A DNA stretch of 64,000 nt from Pavona decussata. Lineage: Eukaryota. Made by a program: the position numbers and the translations under genes. Shown piece by piece: positions 57,896-64,000 of this stretch (the stretch's first letter is position 1; each line of letters opens with the position of its first letter). The notes beneath the pieces were generated by a model. That model was not told the origin of the DNA, ran no database searches, and was given only the letters and a program-made list of their open reading frames with translations. The stretch spans positions 2,170,001 through 2,234,000 of the forward strand of contig CDRNST010000049.1 in NCBI GenBank assembly GCA_977016875.1. Direction: 5' to 3'.

Positions 57896-60093
57896 TAGCT
57901 CTGAAAATTGTATTGTGATTGACCAAATAGTTAGTGGGTTTCATTCCCTACAAAAAGGGCCAAAAATCACCAATTTTACCCCCTTTACCACCTTAACTCA
58001 AGATTATGTAAACTGTTCATACAATAACATGCATGACATACACTGCAGCTCCTCACTCCAGGCAGTCTCCTGCTGTAAAAAAGTATATATGGGACTTGTC
58101 CCTCTTGTCCCATAGAAGGTTTTCAGTTGTTATGAGATGAATCTAGGTGTGAAAGTCACATTAGAATCATACAAAGCATGGTAAACTTGGAAACACTTGT
58201 CTCATTGACAGCATATCTTACCTATACCTTCACCATTTTCTTCTCATCGCTAGACACTATATATACACCTACAGACTAAGAAGCACTTCCCTATTTTAGA
58301 AGTTTACACGCAATTGGTTATGAACTCTGTGGACATTGATAAACAGATAGCTTTTAACAACAATACTATAACCTCTTCCAAGAAGAAATGGGCTCCTTTT
58401 AAATACTGCTTCTCAGAGAAAAACTAATATTTTTTGGTGAAATTAAAATATAGATTTAGCCTGGTTTTTTTGCGTTTTATTTGAGTAGCCAGGACACCCA
58501 GTGGGATGCATTACTGATTTTTGTTATCGATATTGTAAGTAATACCAAACAATAACTCTGAAACATTTTTTTATCACCACTTTTTGGATGTAGCATCAGC
58601 ACATTTCTCTGGTTTTTTCCATAACCTTTTTGGGTGTTTTCATTGATCTTTAACAAATCTTTGGCATTACTAAGGAAAAAAAGTTTAATATGTAATTTTG
58701 GGCTAAATCGGATGATCCGTTGGGAAGGAAGGGGGGGGGGGGGGGTTGTGGGGCTGGGGTGTGGGGTTTAGTGGGGTAACCCTCAAAAATTTTTCATTGA
58801 TGTTCATGTTTGATAATATTTGCAACCTGGCAATCAGACTTCTTTGCTGTAATGTTTATCGTTCAGTGTGCTGAGCTATTTTCTTATTAGTGACTTCACT
58901 GCCAATGAATGTTTTACATGTATATTTTGTAACAAAGGTTTTAAGTGAAATAGCATTTGAGTGGACGTAAGATAGTGAACTATGGTGTAGTGTAGAATGA
59001 AATGGTTGATTTTTGTTGTAGAAGTATGGTTTCTGTTCTTTAAAGCTAGCTGTTTTGTAATCTTATCATTGAAAGACCTACTTTATTTCAGAAAAAATGA
59101 TCATGGACCAGACTATACCATGTGCCGCCAATCTTTTCCTTGATATAGGTATTTTTATTAAGAGTAAAGAAAAATCAGTAATGCCTCAAAAGGATACATG
59201 GAAGTGAATGCATTAATCATATAACAGTTTCTCCCAGCTTGTTTCATTCAGGCAAAAAGGGGTGGGACAGCAGAGGGGTACAAACTTCCCCCTTTCAGTA
59301 CCATTGGGTCCTGGTTTACATTAGCCTGTGAAAGGCTTGGAGTATGTAAAAGGATGCACCAAAAAAGCAGAATGGACAAGGCTCATTCTGCTTGGCAATT
59401 TTTTGAGTGCAAGTAGTCTCCTACTCTGAATCCTTTTCAAATTTCTCTGCCAGCTCTGTATGGCCTTTTTCCCAATATTATTTTATTGCAAATTAATTAC
59501 ATATCATTCCATCAGTTGCCAATTTTTTCCAATTTTATTTACAACTCACTGCCCAGTAGGACTGGCATTTACCTTTGAGAAAGCTGGCTTCGCAAAGGAA
59601 GTAGCTGGTGGTAAACTAGAAAGTGAAGCTTTTCATTGCATGTTGTCTTTTAGTTATTTGTGAACTCTGAGCAGCTTTTTATTGTTTACCATAATAGTTA
59701 GTTGGCAGTCTCTTATGAGAGCCCTGACCTGCATCGTCAACAGGTACACATTCTTTCTGTATTGAATCATACATGCATGCAAGCTTTTTACTGTAAGCCT
59801 GTAATGTTGAAAATTGTTATTTGAAACAATCTTGTTGATGCTAGACTGTTATTGGGAAGGGTAGTGGGGAGGAGCATGGTTAAAGGTACCATCGATATTC
59901 TGAAAACAATCTTTAATTGTTTCAATGTATTGTAATTTTGGTAAATTTATTCACATTTTAATTGTTTATGTAAATAAATACATTGTATATAGTGTGTAAG
60001 ACCTTACTATACGCATGGCAAGGCAATTTTAAGTTGAAAGCACTTGTGGACTTTTTAGGAATAAGTGCTATAGAAATAAATTATTGTTTAATA

Positions 60094-60097
<4 letters not shown>

Positions 60098-60147
<50 letters not shown>
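60098..60147. repeat. (ATT)n microsatellite
   Basis: Directly visible. Confidence 0.95.
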
Positions 60148-60148
<1 letters not shown>

Positions 60149-60809
60149 GGTGGAGTCTCCCTCGTGTTCTTCAGTGGATTGTCAGTGCCTCATATTTAAA
60201 TTTATTAGTACGGATAATTATCATTCATATCTGGAATGCCACAGGGTAACACCAACCCTTAAGCAGTGAAAATAATTTAAAATAAGTGCTGTTGTGGTCA
60301 TGGGGAAGGTGTAATTATTTTATAATTTATTATAATTTTATTCCATGCAATTGCCAAGGGCAAGAAATTCTTTATAACTCAGACTCTCAGACTCAGACTC
60401 TGAGACTCAGACTCTAACTTACGCAAAGTTATAGTGTTATTAAAAATCCTTTAGATCAATTTGATGGTATTATTTTTCATTTACAGTGTTCCAAATTAGG
60501 AAGCACAGGTTGAAATAATACGTAAACTGACACTCAAACAAATGGATTTATTTTATTTTTCATTTTACTTTTTAGGATAAGAAAAAGAAAAGGACATCAG
60601 AAGATTAATATGGCTGATACCAGAGTAGTTGGAACGTTACTGAAACAGCTATTTTAGGAACCACCAAACTCGTAAACATTGTGAGTACTGTAATTAGTTA
60701 TTCTCTTATTGTAATTGTAGTCTCTGTCAGTACTTATTTATATATTCATAAAACGGTCTTTATATTGGAGTGATTTAATGTGAGAAGTTAATGGAATTTT
60801 TTTCTTTAT

Positions 60810-63750
60810 ATTCTGATAGATGAGCCACACCTTAACTTTGAGCAAAATAGGGAGGGAAGGGGTGGGAGGTGCGGCTTTAATCTGCCAGTTGTTATGGTAA
60901 AATAATAACGCATTAATCAATAATGATACATTTCCGGATCCATTGTATGTATTTTCTGTGAGTAATAAAATTTCAGCTTTTGTTAGATTTGAATGGAGGT
61001 CACTCAGGTTAGGATGAAGTTATTTTGAATCCAGAGTTCATAAAACATCCCCTAAGTTAAGTTCCTTGCCTTAGTTAAAGTTAACTGACCTGATGGTAGA
61101 GTTTATTTGTATTGTAGTTGTTGACTAACTTCAAAAAGCCATTTACCATGACTCAGGACTTAAAGGGGAAGTATCATGGGGTTTAATTGACCTCTTTTGT
61201 TAAAAATGGTGAAATAAGAGCTTCACTTTACTACAAAATAATTCTAGAACAATGAGACGAGAAAAATCAACTCAATTCTTGACAGGAACGACTCGTGATT
61301 TGTTCTAGCACATTTTGGAAACAAAAATACGAGAACTTGAAAAACATTAGCCTAATTTTTTTCAAGTTTCAATCCATTGCAACCTATTCTGTCCCTGGCC
61401 CGCCAGAGACACTAATTGACAGTTTTCTTGCACTGGGGTGATAATTTATTGCAAACCTAACCACCAATTTTGTTTCTGTTGTCAGACAAACATTTTTCGG
61501 TTTTGAAATTACATCAAATTTTCGTGATACTTCCCCTTTAATTTAATTCCTTAAAGAGAAAGACAATTATTATGAGAATTGTATCTTATATGTTTTATTC
61601 TTATTTTTATTCCCTTTTATAGTTCTAGCAATCATATGGTGTTTATTAATATGAATTCATCCAGATTACAGAAGTGTAACATTACAGCACTTTGCGTGTT
61701 ATTTTGTCACTTGTCACAACAAATTTTGTCCAGGATTGTAGATACCAAAAGAAAATGAACAGTATGCCATCACTTGTTACATTGAATTAATTATTGGAAA
61801 ATGTTTAGTACATGTTTACATTTTTGAAGACACAAATCGAATTTCGTTGAAGTACGGAGGCATCTGTGTCTGTTTGAGTTTTCTTATTTGAACCTACACA
61901 GCCTTTAGTCTCCTTTTTAGCTGTTCAGAGTGACTGCAAAATTCCGATCCACTTTAAAGTTGTACCTCTGAAAAAGTTGGATATGCAGCTGCCTACAATG
62001 TAGGCGTTCTTTTGTAGTGTTTCTTTACGCGGGATGCCCTGAGGGCATGCCGTGTCTAAAAACAGGCTTCGTATCTTTTTTTTTTTTTCATGGAAGCTTC
62101 AAATGTGCATCTTTCAATTATTAACTCGTTTTATATGTATCAAATTCAGTTTTCTCCTGGAGGGGATCTTTTTATCTCCTATTGTCCTAATTGTCTATAA
62201 CAAAAACGGTCCAATCAGAATGCAATATCTTAGTGTATGTCAGGAGGGATCGGACGGGAGTCAATCACTATTGTGATTATTTAGGTCCTAGTGATCTCTC
62301 GGTGGAACTGAAAAGGCTTCTTTAGTGCCGTGGCCATATTGTTTTAATGTTTGAGATTCCAATGTGCTGTTTTCAAACAATAAAGTAACCCTTTTAAAGC
62401 GGTAAATCGAAAGAATAACTTCTAAGAAGCACTCGACAGTTGAAACGGTGGAAATTGGAGAGTTCAGAGGCGAAGGAATCATGCTTCTGTTTGACAGTTG
62501 TAGAACCATGCAGAATACGTGGGGGAAAGGTCATTGATAAGCTAAAACGCACATCGCATCACTTTGTCGAAGTGATGCTTAAACTCAACTGAAAATCCAA
62601 TTCACAAAAAGATTGAAGGTTGATTGTCAATTTTTACTAAAAATTTTTCAATAAGGAAAGCTTTTTGCCTGTTTTCGTTCTGTTTTTTTGGTGAAACGAA
62701 AACGATTTGTTATCTTACACTATTGTTTACATAACCAGACTAGAAAACGTGAGTCGCGCCACGTTATTGTAATACTGAATTTCCGGTACAACGATAAGAC
62801 GCGTAACACAAGAGACACAACACAACGCTATCTTTGTGACTCAAAATATTCCATAAGCTGGGATAGTTATATTAATCTGGAAAGCATACAATAAGAATCA
62901 ATCATTAAGCATCACGCGTAAATGCCAGTATAGGCATCGTGTTACATTTAAGAACGAAACGAAGACAGTATACGTTTCAGGCTGCATGACTACTTCCCTG
63001 TGCAGTTAGGTGGCAGGTGTAGAGGTAACTGGATAGTGAACACGTATCCACTTTTTTAAGGCGGCTGGAATAAGTTCCCAGCATTTATACTTTTAATGTA
63101 CCACTCTTTACCATTTGATACAATAATAGTGTGAGGCAAATGCATGATCAGTGGTGAACAAGTTATTGTTGTTTGCATAACCTGTTAAAAACGGACCTAG
63201 TCATGTAACTTTAGTTTTAAGTGATTACAACTCAAAAACGAGCTCATTGAACCCCCCTGTCCCATTCTTTTATAATGGCTGTATGTGCACCTGGGTACTT
63301 CTTCACCAGTGATTGTAAATTGAACATGTAATACATGTACATGTAGTTGAAATCATGCTTAATTAAGAATCTATTACCCTCTACAAAGTACCATAAATAG
63401 TAAATAAATAGTAGCGCCATTATCATTATTCTGATAAATAAACCACACCTTAACTTTTGGGAAAATTGGGGGGGGGGGGATGTGTTTTTTATGGTGATAT
63501 AATCAATAATTATACACTGATTCTTTGGTATCTATTTTCTGTGAGAAATGAATTGTCAGGTCAAAGTTTTTGGTGGATTTGAATTGAAGTCACTCAGGTT
63601 GGGATGAAGTTATTTTGAATTCAGAATTCATAAAAATATCCCCTTAAGTACAGTTAAGTTCCTTGTCTCCAAAAAGAGTCATTTACTGTGACTCAGGACT
63701 TGATTTAATTTCTTAAAGAGAAAGAATTTTTGTGAGAATTGGAATAATTT
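60810..63750 (+). repeat. Local direct duplication: 60810-61590 vs 63430-63750
   Basis: Shared CCACACCTTAACTTT, GTCACTCAGGTT.GGATGAAGTTATTTTGAAT.CAGA.TTCATAAAA and GACTCAGGACTT...CTTAAAGAGAAAGA. Confidence 0.8.
61164..61537. mobile_element. TTAA-targeting MITE (Kolobok-like)
   Basis: TTAA|AGGGGAAGTATCA ... TGATACTTCCCCT|TTAA. Empty site in the paralogous segment at about 63690-63725. Confidence 0.85.
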
Positions 63751-64000
63751 TTTAATGTATCCTATTTCTATGTTTACATGTAGATGATGCATCATCACTG
63801 TTGCATTTTGTCAAGAAAGAATGTTATTTATTTTTTTAGTGACTTTCAACGGCTACTCAGGAACAGTGAAATGTCAAAACCAACTTTAAGTAGCATGACC
63901 CGGCACTTTGGGGTGCTAGTTGTCGGTGAGTTTAGTAGTCAGTTGTTAAGAAGATAAAATTCAGCAGTCATTTACATTACACAAAGAAAAAAGTTGTCAG

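Noticed and set aside
59983-60269. Poly-Leu/poly-Ile membrane protein ORFs
   Set aside because: Translations of an (ATT)n microsatellite

Overview
AT-rich, intron- and transposon-rich animal genomic DNA with four N gaps. The gene and repeat content suggests a cnidarian such as a stony coral (inference). The main host gene is a spliced + strand gene at about 12.8-44.8 kb. Its exons join with matching intron phases into one protein of about 1,380 aa: 6 LRRs, a ROC GTPase, COR, a Cys/His-rich segment and a C-terminal GT-B (GT4-type) glycosyltransferase. It is therefore a Roco protein with a glycosyltransferase where kinase, death or TIR domains usually sit. The intron splitting the ROC domain holds an apparently intact, roughly 9.8-kb Helitron2/Helentron-type rolling-circle element with asymmetric subterminal inverted repeats and hairpins. 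This element encodes a 2171-aa protein (USP-like cysteine-protease domain + HUH Rep + PIF1 helicase) and a spliced RPA70-like OB-fold protein. It is nested inside a LINE 3' fragment whose empty site is visible at 62.4 kb. The window also has a near-intact L1/Tx1 LINE at the left edge, Penelope-like fragments with hammerhead ribozyme motifs, a decayed Kolobok/Mutator-like transposase interrupted by an AcademH-like element carrying a RecQ fragment, several MITEs and SINEs, and a local duplication. All calls come from reading motifs by eye; no database searches were run.
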